This document shows, in pieces, positions 34,995 through 43,254 of a DNA stretch of 64,000 bases; within the stretch, counting starts at the first letter, position 1; every line of letters starts with the position of its first letter. Location: positions 17,646-81,645 of IMG/VR virus record IMGVR_UViG_3300022700_000208. One strand, written 5' to 3'. The translations under genes were made by a program, and so were the position numbers. The notes below the pieces were generated by a model that saw only the letters and a list, made by a program, of their open reading frames with translations, made no database searches and had not been told where the DNA came from. This DNA is from a virus.

Positions 34995-35780
34995 ATGGCT
35001 TTTGAAATTATCAATAATTTTAAAGGAAGAAAGACAATCAAGGTAAGAAACCAAGAACCTCTTGTTTTCCCAAATCCTGGGGATTCCCTCAAATTCAACT
35101 CTTTTAGTGAATATTTACCCTATCGTGACATGATCATTGCCGAGATTCAGAGGAATCATCTGAAGTGGAAAGGTGAGCCTTTTGAAGAGGATACTCTTCC
35201 ACCCAAGCAAGGCAAAATTAACAGCAAGGATGAAATATCCCCTAAAGGGGTTGAGTACAATTGGACATCTGTCCAAGAGACTCAAAAAGGAGAGGCTACA
35301 GTTCAAGAGCTTAATGGAGAGCAAAGAACTCTTATGGAGGAAGATTCTCCTCAATCTCAGGAGCAGCAGCCACAACCTTCTGAGGCCATTCAGAAATTGG
35401 CTAATGCTCAGCCTAGTGAGGATGATGAGGTGGATACAACTCCTGTTCATGAAAAAGTGAAAGAGCTTACTGAAGAAGAGAAATCTTCTCAGCCTTCTGG
35501 AGAGGAAAAGGAAGCTAGTCAACCCCAGACAAAGAAGAAAAAGAAAAAGAAAGCAAAGGCATCCAAAAAGGCTTCTAAAAAGAAAACAGCTAAGAAAAAA
35601 GCCTCCACTAAACAATCATCGGATGAGGCTTCCTCTGGAGATTTAGGGGCTAAAAAAGAACAGTTGGCTCAATTGACTGAAAAGCTCAAGACCACTCCCA
35701 GAGATCAGATGGAAAGAAGGACAAAGCTTAAGAGCCAAATGAAAGAGATCAAAAAGGAAATTGCTCAGTTAGAAGGCTAA
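34995..35780 (+). CDS. hypothetical protein with Lys/Ala-rich H1-like tract
   Basis: KKKKKKKAKASKKASKKKTAKKKAS. Confidence 0.6.
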   Translation: MAFEIINNFKGRKTIKVRNQEPLVFPNPGDSLKFNSFSEYLPYRDMIIAEIQRNHLKWKGEPFEEDTLPPKQGKINSKDEISPKGVEYNWTSVQETQKGEATVQELNGEQRTLMEEDSPQSQEQQPQPSEAIQKLANAQPSEDDEVDTTPVHEKVKELTEEEKSSQPSGEEKEASQPQTKKKKKKKAKASKKASKKKTAKKKASTKQSSDEASSGDLGAKKEQLAQLTEKLKTTPRDQMERRTKLKSQMKEIKKEIAQLEG

Positions 35781-35783
35781 TTC

Positions 35784-36476
35784 ATGGACATTAGGGAAAT
35801 GTTTCAAAAGGTTCTGATCCAGTCAGGTCAGTTCCTTTTTACGACTGAAAACATTGAAATGAAGCCAGAGCAATTTGCTCATCTTGTAAGGCAGTGTGTT
35901 GCTACATACAATCGGTACAGTCCAGAAGTAAGAAAGCTATGGATTCCTCAGTTGGAATTGTCCAGGCAATACACCTTTCAGGATGCTCCAAGAAATGCTG
36001 ATGGAACTCTTCAAAGTCTGGATGATCTTGGGGTTCCTGATTGGATCTCAGATGCAACACCTGTCAAATTCAGTGGGACGCTTCCTTTTCTTTTGAGGGA
36101 AGAATATCAAGTTAATCCTGAGCTTCAGATTAAGGAAACTCTTCCCTTTCAATACAGGAAGCCCACACTCACTGTGTCTGTGTCGGCCAAGTATGAGGTC
36201 ACTGCTGTTTATTATCATAAGGTTCTTAAGATCTCATCCACACAGACAACCCATGAGAAGTATGTGGTGGAGACTATTGATGATTCTGACGAGTTCTTTT
36301 TTGATCTCCTCACTGCCAGGTTTATGAAATCTACTGGAAGGTCCAGAAGAGCCTTCACGATTGAGGATCTTCCCATATCTGTTGAGGGTGATCTTTTTAT
36401 TCAAGAGGGCAAAGACATGGAGGAGCAGGCTCTCATTGGAATGCAGGAGAACGCATCCATAGAACTTGCAATGTAG
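35784..36476 (+). CDS. putative neck/head-tail adaptor (gp13-like)
   Basis: Position; C-terminal GRSRRAF..SVEGDLFIQEG resembles neck proteins. Confidence 0.55.
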   Translation: MDIREMFQKVLIQSGQFLFTTENIEMKPEQFAHLVRQCVATYNRYSPEVRKLWIPQLELSRQYTFQDAPRNADGTLQSLDDLGVPDWISDATPVKFSGTLPFLLREEYQVNPELQIKETLPFQYRKPTLTVSVSAKYEVTAVYYHKVLKISSTQTTHEKYVVETIDDSDEFFFDLLTARFMKSTGRSRRAFTIEDLPISVEGDLFIQEGKDMEEQALIGMQENASIELAM

Positions 36477-36483
36477 GTGATAA

Positions 36484-37026
36484 ATGCCAGTAAAACAGGG
36501 CTTAGTTTTAAGAGAACTCAAAAGATTCAGAAAGGGTGCCCCTGGCAAGTATCCCTCCAAGCTCAAACTTTCCAAATTTGAGGAGAGTAATGCCAGAGGT
36601 ATTAACTCTGTCACCTTCAGAGGAGTTGTAACAGGAGAGGAAGCCAGAGAAGCAGGAGGCGGGGGAAAGAGAAAGCAAAAATACCGCGTTGCTGTTCAAT
36701 TTTTTGAGGTCAAGTTTAGTGAATCCAAGTCTAAGTTCTTTTCTGTTCCAGCTAGGATTCAGGGAAATCTTTTTTACAGACAGGTTCCTGACCTCAAAGA
36801 AAATTCTGTGAAAATGAAGTGCAGTTGTCCAGATTTTAGGTTCCGCTTTGAAAAAGAACTATTTGATAATAAAGGATTAATTGGAAGATTCAGGAAATAC
36901 ACAAGAAAAACACCGCCTCCTCCAGAGGGTTTTCCTTATGCTAACCCAGAGGAACTTATGGGTTATTGTAAACACATTCACTCTTTTTTAACTAGGCTTA
37001 AGAACACAAAACGAATTAAGGGATAG
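36484..37026 (+). CDS. SWIM zinc-finger protein
   Basis: CSCPDF...CKHI. Confidence 0.75.
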   Translation: MPVKQGLVLRELKRFRKGAPGKYPSKLKLSKFEESNARGINSVTFRGVVTGEEAREAGGGGKRKQKYRVAVQFFEVKFSESKSKFFSVPARIQGNLFYRQVPDLKENSVKMKCSCPDFRFRFEKELFDNKGLIGRFRKYTRKTPPPPEGFPYANPEELMGYCKHIHSFLTRLKNTKRIKG

Positions 37027-37038
37027 GGAGGAAACAAA

Positions 37039-37329
37039 ATGAGCCGAGCCAAACAATTATGCGAAAAGCTTTCTGGAAAAGATGAAAGTCAGAATACTCT
37101 TGATGAGGGAATGCGCGAGACTATTAAGACCATGAATTCCAAGCAAATGGCTGAAGCTTCAAGAGTAATGCAAGAGCGCATTGATGAAATTCTTGATCCT
37201 AAGGGACAACCTCCTTTTCCTGCTGGTCCCAAGTCAGTAGAGAAGATGCAAACAGCTAAAGAAAAGCTGGACTATGCTGACAAAATGCTTCGCAAAGTCC
37301 GTGAAAGATACGACGGTAAGAAGAAATAA
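37039..37329 (+). CDS. leader-bearing protein (MSRAKQLCEKL..LDE|G)
   Basis: Shared leader; GGAGG SD. Confidence 0.65.
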   Translation: MSRAKQLCEKLSGKDESQNTLDEGMRETIKTMNSKQMAEASRVMQERIDEILDPKGQPPFPAGPKSVEKMQTAKEKLDYADKMLRKVRERYDGKKK

Positions 37330-37331
37330 TT

Positions 37332-37757
37332 ATGTCTCGATCAATCCTGGAAGTATTTGAAAAACAAGAACAAGATAATAATCGTCGTTATCTTGAATAT
37401 TTGATGGCCTACTATTCTTCCAGGATTATGGTCTTCCAGAGGATTCAAAACCGAAACAGCAAGGTTTATGGTGATGCTTCTGGATCAGTTTCTAGGGAGC
37501 CTCTTGAGGAGATAGAGGGTATTGTTCTTTCAGATGATATGGTCCCTGTTTCCACATTTTCGGCTGGTACATTTGAGGGAGGAGTAATCCTTACCAGGAA
37601 TGAGCAGCCAAACTTAGTTGGGAATGATATTCAGATCATAAGGGATGATTCCAAAGAACGCTTTTTCCATGTTCATTCTAGAGAGGCTCATGGATTTACC
37701 ACTGAAACTTTTGTGAAATACAGGATTGCTTCAACGGAACCACATGAAGGCTCGTAA
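37332..37757 (+). CDS. putative head closure/neck protein
   Basis: Position, size and beta-rich sequence. Confidence 0.35.
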   Translation: MSRSILEVFEKQEQDNNRRYLEYLMAYYSSRIMVFQRIQNRNSKVYGDASGSVSREPLEEIEGIVLSDDMVPVSTFSAGTFEGGVILTRNEQPNLVGNDIQIIRDDSKERFFHVHSREAHGFTTETFVKYRIASTEPHEGS

Positions 37758-38016
37758 ACTAAAAGAAACAGTGAAACAGGCAAGAAAAGCTCTTGATGAA
37801 ATGAATCTTCAAGATGCAGCCGAAGTTATTAGTAGACAGATTAATAATTCTGGTAAATATGAGTCTATTGCCAGGAAGTCGAGAGTTTATCTTTCTATGC
37901 CTGTGGATACTAAAATGAGAGCCTTCATTAAGGAAATAGCTATGGATGTTGGTGTTGAGGTTGAATACCTGGACAAGGGGAAGATCATCGAAGTGAAACC
38001 TCCAGAGATCGCTTAA
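37744..38016 (+). CDS. leader-bearing protein (MKARKLKETVKQARKALDE|M)
   Basis: ATG at 37744; leader variant. Confidence 0.5.
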   Translation: MKARKLKETVKQARKALDEMNLQDAAEVISRQINNSGKYESIARKSRVYLSMPVDTKMRAFIKEIAMDVGVEVEYLDKGKIIEVKPPEIA

Positions 38017-38017
38017 T

Positions 38018-38689
38018 ATGCCTGAGAATATTGCAGGGAGTCTCAAACAAGTTAAATCCTCCGCTGTTTTTCCTCTGGAAATTCTTATGGAGGAATTTAA
38101 GAATGAGATTCCCTATGTACGTGTTGTCTATGATGAACAGCTTGAATATGAGTCTGTGATCACAAAACTGAGAAATGATGAGGCATTCACTACTCAAGGT
38201 CTCAGTCAGATTCCTGTAGTGGCATACAATCGGAGTGTTCTCAGACATGCCCAAGATGCAGGGCCAGGAAGAAGGGCAGGAAGAATTCTGTCTAAAGGTC
38301 CAAAGCAGGGAGATCCCAATTCTCAGCTTATATATAGGTGGGTTCATGGGGAGTTTGATCTTAATTTTCGGTTTTTTACAACCAACATGGATCAATTGGA
38401 AAACTTTGAGATCTCTTATTTGGGTGAGGAAGGAATATCGGGGATTAGAAATTTAGACGTTAATATCCCAGATATTGGAGATTTTACTTGGTTTGTTCAT
38501 CCCAGGGAATTGACAGAGAAAGTTATCCAAATTGAACAGGCTTACCATAAGGTAGTTGAGGGTAGCCTGGTTGTTAGAGGCAACTACTTTATTCTTAGGA
38601 ATGAGGCTAAAAAGATTCTCACTGTTAATGCCAAGATTAACAATGAAGGTGGGACAGTTACTCATTCTGATTTACAAGTAAATGCATAA
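38018..38689 (+). CDS. putative tail completion/terminator protein
   Basis: Position upstream of the sheath gene; size. Confidence 0.4.
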   Translation: MPENIAGSLKQVKSSAVFPLEILMEEFKNEIPYVRVVYDEQLEYESVITKLRNDEAFTTQGLSQIPVVAYNRSVLRHAQDAGPGRRAGRILSKGPKQGDPNSQLIYRWVHGEFDLNFRFFTTNMDQLENFEISYLGEEGISGIRNLDVNIPDIGDFTWFVHPRELTEKVIQIEQAYHKVVEGSLVVRGNYFILRNEAKKILTVNAKINNEGGTVTHSDLQVNA

Positions 38690-38708
38690 TATCCAAGGAG
38701 GCATTGAC

Positions 38709-38987
38709 ATGGCTAAAAACAAACGAATCAAAACCTATGAGCCAAAAGGTGAAAGAGTTGAGGTAAAAGACAGCAGACATCAATATGTTCAGTACAGTGG
38801 TGAGATGCCTAAGGTGGAAGAAAAGAGAAACCCAGCCACTGTTATTAACAGATTTCCACATCCAATGACTCTTAGTTATGAGGGAAATGCAATGATCTTG
38901 CCTCCTAGAAGCCGAAATAAAATTGCCGATTCAGAGAAATTAGGACACATCCCCAAGGGAATTATGCTTGTAAGGGACAAAAAGTAA
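38709..38987 (+). CDS. hypothetical protein
   Basis: AAGGAGG SD before ATG at 38709. Confidence 0.5.
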   Translation: MAKNKRIKTYEPKGERVEVKDSRHQYVQYSGEMPKVEEKRNPATVINRFPHPMTLSYEGNAMILPPRSRNKIADSEKLGHIPKGIMLVRDKK

Positions 38988-39019
38988 TCAAACTTCAAAC
39001 TTAATTTAAGGAGATCATT

Positions 39020-41017
39020 ATGCCATCAGCAAACGCTAGTATTTCTGAAATTGATCTGTCCACAAGAGTTCCCTCATTTCCTGGGGCTTTTGGTGGAATC
39101 GTTATCCCAGCGGTTAAAGGACCAGTCAATCAACCTGTACTCGTGACAAGTCAATCTCAGCTATTATCCATTTTCACTCCTGATGAAAAAGTGGAAGTTG
39201 GATTTGATTTGGCCTATTTCTCAGCTATGGCTTATTTGGAAAAGTCAGATAAGCTTTGGGCTGTACGAGCAGCCAAGGATGCCATCTTTGGTGGAGCCCT
39301 CATAAGGGAAGAAGGATCATCCAATGATAATAGCCCTCTTCCCTCAAGTGCAGATCTCACTGATCCTGAAGGGTTTACCTTTGACAGCTTACCTGATCAG
39401 CCAGGAGTTGCAGAGGTCACTGAGTATGATTGGACTGGTCTTTCTGGATCAGATTTCGATGTTTCTGGGAGCGGCCTATCATTCCAGTTTTGGGATGGTG
39501 GAGATAATCCGCATTATATCTGGGTGAATGTTACAGATGGTGCCAATTCACAGAGTGATCCAGGTCTCTCAGGTACAGCTCATCAGCTAGATGTACTGGC
39601 TGCTGATGCCGCTACGGATCTTGCATCCAAGCATCAGGCATTGGTTGATGGTCTTACTGAGTTCAGTGCATCAGTATCTTCTACAGTGGTTACAGTCACT
39701 AATGCCACTGAAGGTGATGCCACAGATGCTACTGATGTGGACTCTGGAGTTTCTATCACCATCACCACTCAGGGACAGGATGAGATTGATAACCAAGACG
39801 AACTCATCCTTATCCATGGAAGCTCTCCTGGGGCTTTTGCCAATGATATCAGAATCACTATCACTAATTTCACCGATGATGAAACCAGGGTTGCTATTGA
39901 GGGATCATTCATCATTGATGTGTATAAGGCAAGCAACACCAATGATCCAATTGAGTCCCACAGGGTGAGCCGTATTCCTGGCCTACAGGATGGCCGTGGA
40001 AGAAATCTTTACATTGAGGATGTTCTCCAGGCATCTAATTACATCAGGGCTCAGGATAATCAGGCTGTTGATGAGAATGTTCTTCCTCAATCACAGCAAA
40101 CTCCTCTGGCTTTGGCTGACGGGGACAATGGAACGGCTGTTACAGATGCTGAATTCATCACAGCAGCTCAGGCTCTCAGCAATCCTGATGATATCTTTAC
40201 CACTCTTCTTATGGATGGTGGACATGCTACATCAGCCTACGCATTGGAGTTGACCTCCATTGCAGAGAACAGGAAAGATTCTGTAGCTCTTCTTTCCACT
40301 CCATTTGCTGCTGAGGCATCATCTTCATACATCACTGACCTTTTGGAATACAGAAACACTGATCTTAATATCAATTCATCCTATGCGGCTCTTTATACTC
40401 CGCACGTTAGGATTTTTGACCGCTTCAATAGCAGGAACTTGTTTGTTTCTCCAGAAGGTTATGCAGCAGGGGTTATCTCTGAAACAGCAGCTAATGAGGA
40501 GATCTGGTTTCCTCCCGCAGGATTCAAGAGAGGAATCCTCAATGTCCTGGATCTTAAGCGTAGGTTCACTAAGGGAGAAATGGACACGCTTTATGATAAT
40601 GGCATCAACCCTCTCAGGTTTGCTCCTGGCCGTGGAATTGCCATTTGGGGACAGAAAACGCTTCTTTCTAGGCCCTCAGCATTGGATAGGCTTAATGTTC
40701 GCTTGATGCTTATCACAGTGGAGCCAGCCATTAAGGAAGCTATGGAAGATTTCCTTTTTGAGCTGAATGATTCTGCAACCAGAGGGCTTGCTGTAGCTGT
40801 TATTAGCGGTGCTTTGGATCGAATCCAAGCAAGACGTGGAATCACTGAGTATCGGGTTGTGTCTGATGCTTCTAACAACTCTCCTCAGGATATTGATAAT
40901 CACATTATGAATGTGGATGTATTTGTAAGGCCAACACCTTCACTTGAGTTCATCCCAGTCAGAATGATTATCACTCCTCAAAGTCTTAGCTTTGAGCTTG
41001 CTGCTCAAGCTGTTTAA
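39020..41017 (+). CDS. contractile tail sheath protein (gp18-like)
   Basis: EIDLSTRV, KGPVNQP, WFPPAGFKRG, LYDNGINP, IWGQKTL, LDRLNVR. Confidence 0.95.
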   Translation: MPSANASISEIDLSTRVPSFPGAFGGIVIPAVKGPVNQPVLVTSQSQLLSIFTPDEKVEVGFDLAYFSAMAYLEKSDKLWAVRAAKDAIFGGALIREEGSSNDNSPLPSSADLTDPEGFTFDSLPDQPGVAEVTEYDWTGLSGSDFDVSGSGLSFQFWDGGDNPHYIWVNVTDGANSQSDPGLSGTAHQLDVLAADAATDLASKHQALVDGLTEFSASVSSTVVTVTNATEGDATDATDVDSGVSITITTQGQDEIDNQDELILIHGSSPGAFANDIRITITNFTDDETRVAIEGSFIIDVYKASNTNDPIESHRVSRIPGLQDGRGRNLYIEDVLQASNYIRAQDNQAVDENVLPQSQQTPLALADGDNGTAVTDAEFITAAQALSNPDDIFTTLLMDGGHATSAYALELTSIAENRKDSVALLSTPFAAEASSSYITDLLEYRNTDLNINSSYAALYTPHVRIFDRFNSRNLFVSPEGYAAGVISETAANEEIWFPPAGFKRGILNVLDLKRRFTKGEMDTLYDNGINPLRFAPGRGIAIWGQKTLLSRPSALDRLNVRLMLITVEPAIKEAMEDFLFELNDSATRGLAVAVISGALDRIQARRGITEYRVVSDASNNSPQDIDNHIMNVDVFVRPTPSLEFIPVRMIITPQSLSFELAAQAV

Positions 41018-41045
41018 TTGAACTGAATTTTAAGGGAGGAAAATA

Positions 41046-41579
41046 ATGCCAAAGCCTACGTTGGATCAGATTAGGGGAGTTGGGGACTTTCAACAGGTAC
41101 ACAGATGGAATTTGAGGTTTGCCTCATTTCCCGTTCTCGGGTTTGGGGCAGCCCCCATTGCTGAGGCCCTGAATGTTAGATGTGAGTCAGCCACTGTCCC
41201 CAAGCAAACAGTCCAGTCAATTGAGATTGATATCAGGGGCCATAAGGTCAAACAGCCAGGAATTTCCAATTATGATAATACCTGGACTTTAACTTTTGTC
41301 GAAACTGTCGATACACTGGTAAGAACCTTCTTTAAGGGATGGAGAGAATCCATCTGGCAGACCAGAACAGGCATATCGGCAAACAAAGAAGACCTGGAAG
41401 CTACAGTAATCCTGGAGCAGCTCAATAATCAAGATGATGCTATTTGGCAGTACACTGTATTTGGTGTCTATCTTGAGGATTCAGACTTTGGGACATTGGA
41501 TGGGGCAACATCAGACGCTCAAAGGCCCTCATTTACCCTAAGTTATGATTTCTTTGATGATGTTCCTTTAGGAGCTTAA
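41046..41579 (+). CDS. tail tube protein (gp19-like)
   Basis: Follows sheath; CESATVP..RGHKVKQPG..WTLTF. Confidence 0.85.
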   Translation: MPKPTLDQIRGVGDFQQVHRWNLRFASFPVLGFGAAPIAEALNVRCESATVPKQTVQSIEIDIRGHKVKQPGISNYDNTWTLTFVETVDTLVRTFFKGWRESIWQTRTGISANKEDLEATVILEQLNNQDDAIWQYTVFGVYLEDSDFGTLDGATSDAQRPSFTLSYDFFDDVPLGA

Positions 41580-42248
41580 TTGGCTAAGTTTCTCGACCTG
41601 GACAGCACAATAGATAAGGCTCTTGGCCTTGATGAGTTTGGCATTGGCCAGCTCAGATCTATTGAATTTGGTAAAAAGTATCTGTGGGATATTAGGTTCA
41701 ACACTGATGATCTTCCTGAGAGGATCAATCATAATCTGCCTAAAAAATTCCAGGGATTTTTTCCTGCTTCCGATGTTGAGGAAAATAGAGCCAATCTTGA
41801 AAACTTCTCTTTTGAGGTTTTTATGAATTCCTACCAGGTTCCTAGAAAGAGCCAGGCTAAGGAAATAACAATCACTTTCTTTGATGATATTAAAAATGGT
41901 CTCCTTCAGTGGTTTGATGATTGGATTAATGTCCATATATTAAATAATGGGCAGTTCCTTTCCCCACTGGAGGATTGTGTAAGACTGGTAGACATACGCA
42001 AACTTAATAACAGACGCGAAATACAAACAAGAAACTCATACTGGGTTATCCCTCAAGGGCCAGTAACCTATGCAGGAACAAGTAGTTCCGAAGCTCAATC
42101 ATATTCCCTCAGCTTTGTAGTTGTGGGAGAAGTAGATCAGGAAGGTCAGGGTAATAATACCCGTGATCAACTAATAAAATCCTTTGGAAGACAAGCCATA
42201 TCTGGAGGTGTGGGAACAGTCTTTAGGGGAGTTTCTTCAAATATTTGA
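41580..42248 (+). CDS. tube-like baseplate/tail initiator (gp54/gp48-like)
   Basis: ITITFFDD..QWFDDW tube-fold pattern; position. Confidence 0.55.
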   Translation: MAKFLDLDSTIDKALGLDEFGIGQLRSIEFGKKYLWDIRFNTDDLPERINHNLPKKFQGFFPASDVEENRANLENFSFEVFMNSYQVPRKSQAKEITITFFDDIKNGLLQWFDDWINVHILNNGQFLSPLEDCVRLVDIRKLNNRREIQTRNSYWVIPQGPVTYAGTSSSEAQSYSLSFVVVGEVDQEGQGNNTRDQLIKSFGRQAISGGVGTVFRGVSSNI

Positions 42249-42272
42249 TGTGTCTGTTATTAAGGAGAGGCA

Positions 42273-43124
42273 ATGGCATTTTCACCTGAACAAGAGCAGT
42301 TAGAAAAAAACATACCTGATTATACCCCTCAAAAAACTGATCAAGAAAGCAAGACTTCCCAATTCTCAGGATTCCTTCCTGAAATTTCCATGAAAATGGA
42401 AAACTTGCCTTCCCAGGGGAAAGCATATCCTCAGGGAGCTACGGTCAAATACCGTCCTTACCAGTACGGGGAAGTCAAAAAGATCAATCAATCCAACCTT
42501 ACTCCCATTGAACAGTTTAAAGTGATCCTGGAAGGGATAGAGACAAATTTTGATAAGTATCAATTGTCTCTTGAGGACGCAATGTACATTGCCATCCTAC
42601 GCAAGATATCCACTATTAATGATTCCAAAGTTCTTATTAAGTACAGATGCAATCATTGTGATAAGGTTGGAGAATTTGAGATGCCCACAAAGGAGATTGA
42701 ATTCTATGATCTCCAGGTTCCTTCTCTTCCTATGAAAGCTAACTTTAGTTTTGGACAGTTGGATTTCTCACTATTTACTGTACAGGATTTTATAGATCTA
42801 CAGGAAATGGGTGATGATTATGATAAGGACATGGCCTACATGGCAAAATGCTGTGTGAATAAGTCCTTTGATGCAGCCTACAATCTTATATATAAGATGC
42901 AGCAAAGACAGGACATAGCAATTCTTGAAAAAATTGATTCTTATCTTAGGCATGGGATCAAGCCTGTAGAGCATACTTGTCAGAATAAGTACACCGATAA
43001 GAAAGGTGAGGAAAAGACCTGTGGAAGAAAGGTCAGTGTTGGGCTTGATGGAGGGCAAGCCATCATACTTCCCTTTCGTAAAGATCAAGTCGATGTTGAA
43101 AGCAATATCAGCTTTGGCAATTAA
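42273..43124 (+). CDS. baseplate hub assembly/tail chaperone (gp26-like)
   Basis: LPSQGKAY, VKYRPY, CNHC and a second Cys pair. Confidence 0.7.
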   Translation: MAFSPEQEQLEKNIPDYTPQKTDQESKTSQFSGFLPEISMKMENLPSQGKAYPQGATVKYRPYQYGEVKKINQSNLTPIEQFKVILEGIETNFDKYQLSLEDAMYIAILRKISTINDSKVLIKYRCNHCDKVGEFEMPTKEIEFYDLQVPSLPMKANFSFGQLDFSLFTVQDFIDLQEMGDDYDKDMAYMAKCCVNKSFDAAYNLIYKMQQRQDIAILEKIDSYLRHGIKPVEHTCQNKYTDKKGEEKTCGRKVSVGLDGGQAIILPFRKDQVDVESNISFGN

Positions 43125-43254
43125 AGGTGTTGTCGATGCATGGAATGTCAATTTCATGGATTTTGCTGAAGTCAAGATGATTATTGATGAGTATGAAAAT
43201 TATGTTCAAAAAGCTCAGGAACAAGCTCAAAGAAATAGGATGAAAAAGAACTAA
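43093..43254 (+). CDS. small tail assembly protein (gp51-like, or frameshift extension of the previous gene)
   Basis: +1-frame ORF overlapping the gp26-like end and abutting the tape measure start. Confidence 0.5.
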   Translation: MLKAISALAIKGVVDAWNVNFMDFAEVKMIIDEYENYVQKAQEQAQRNRMKKN

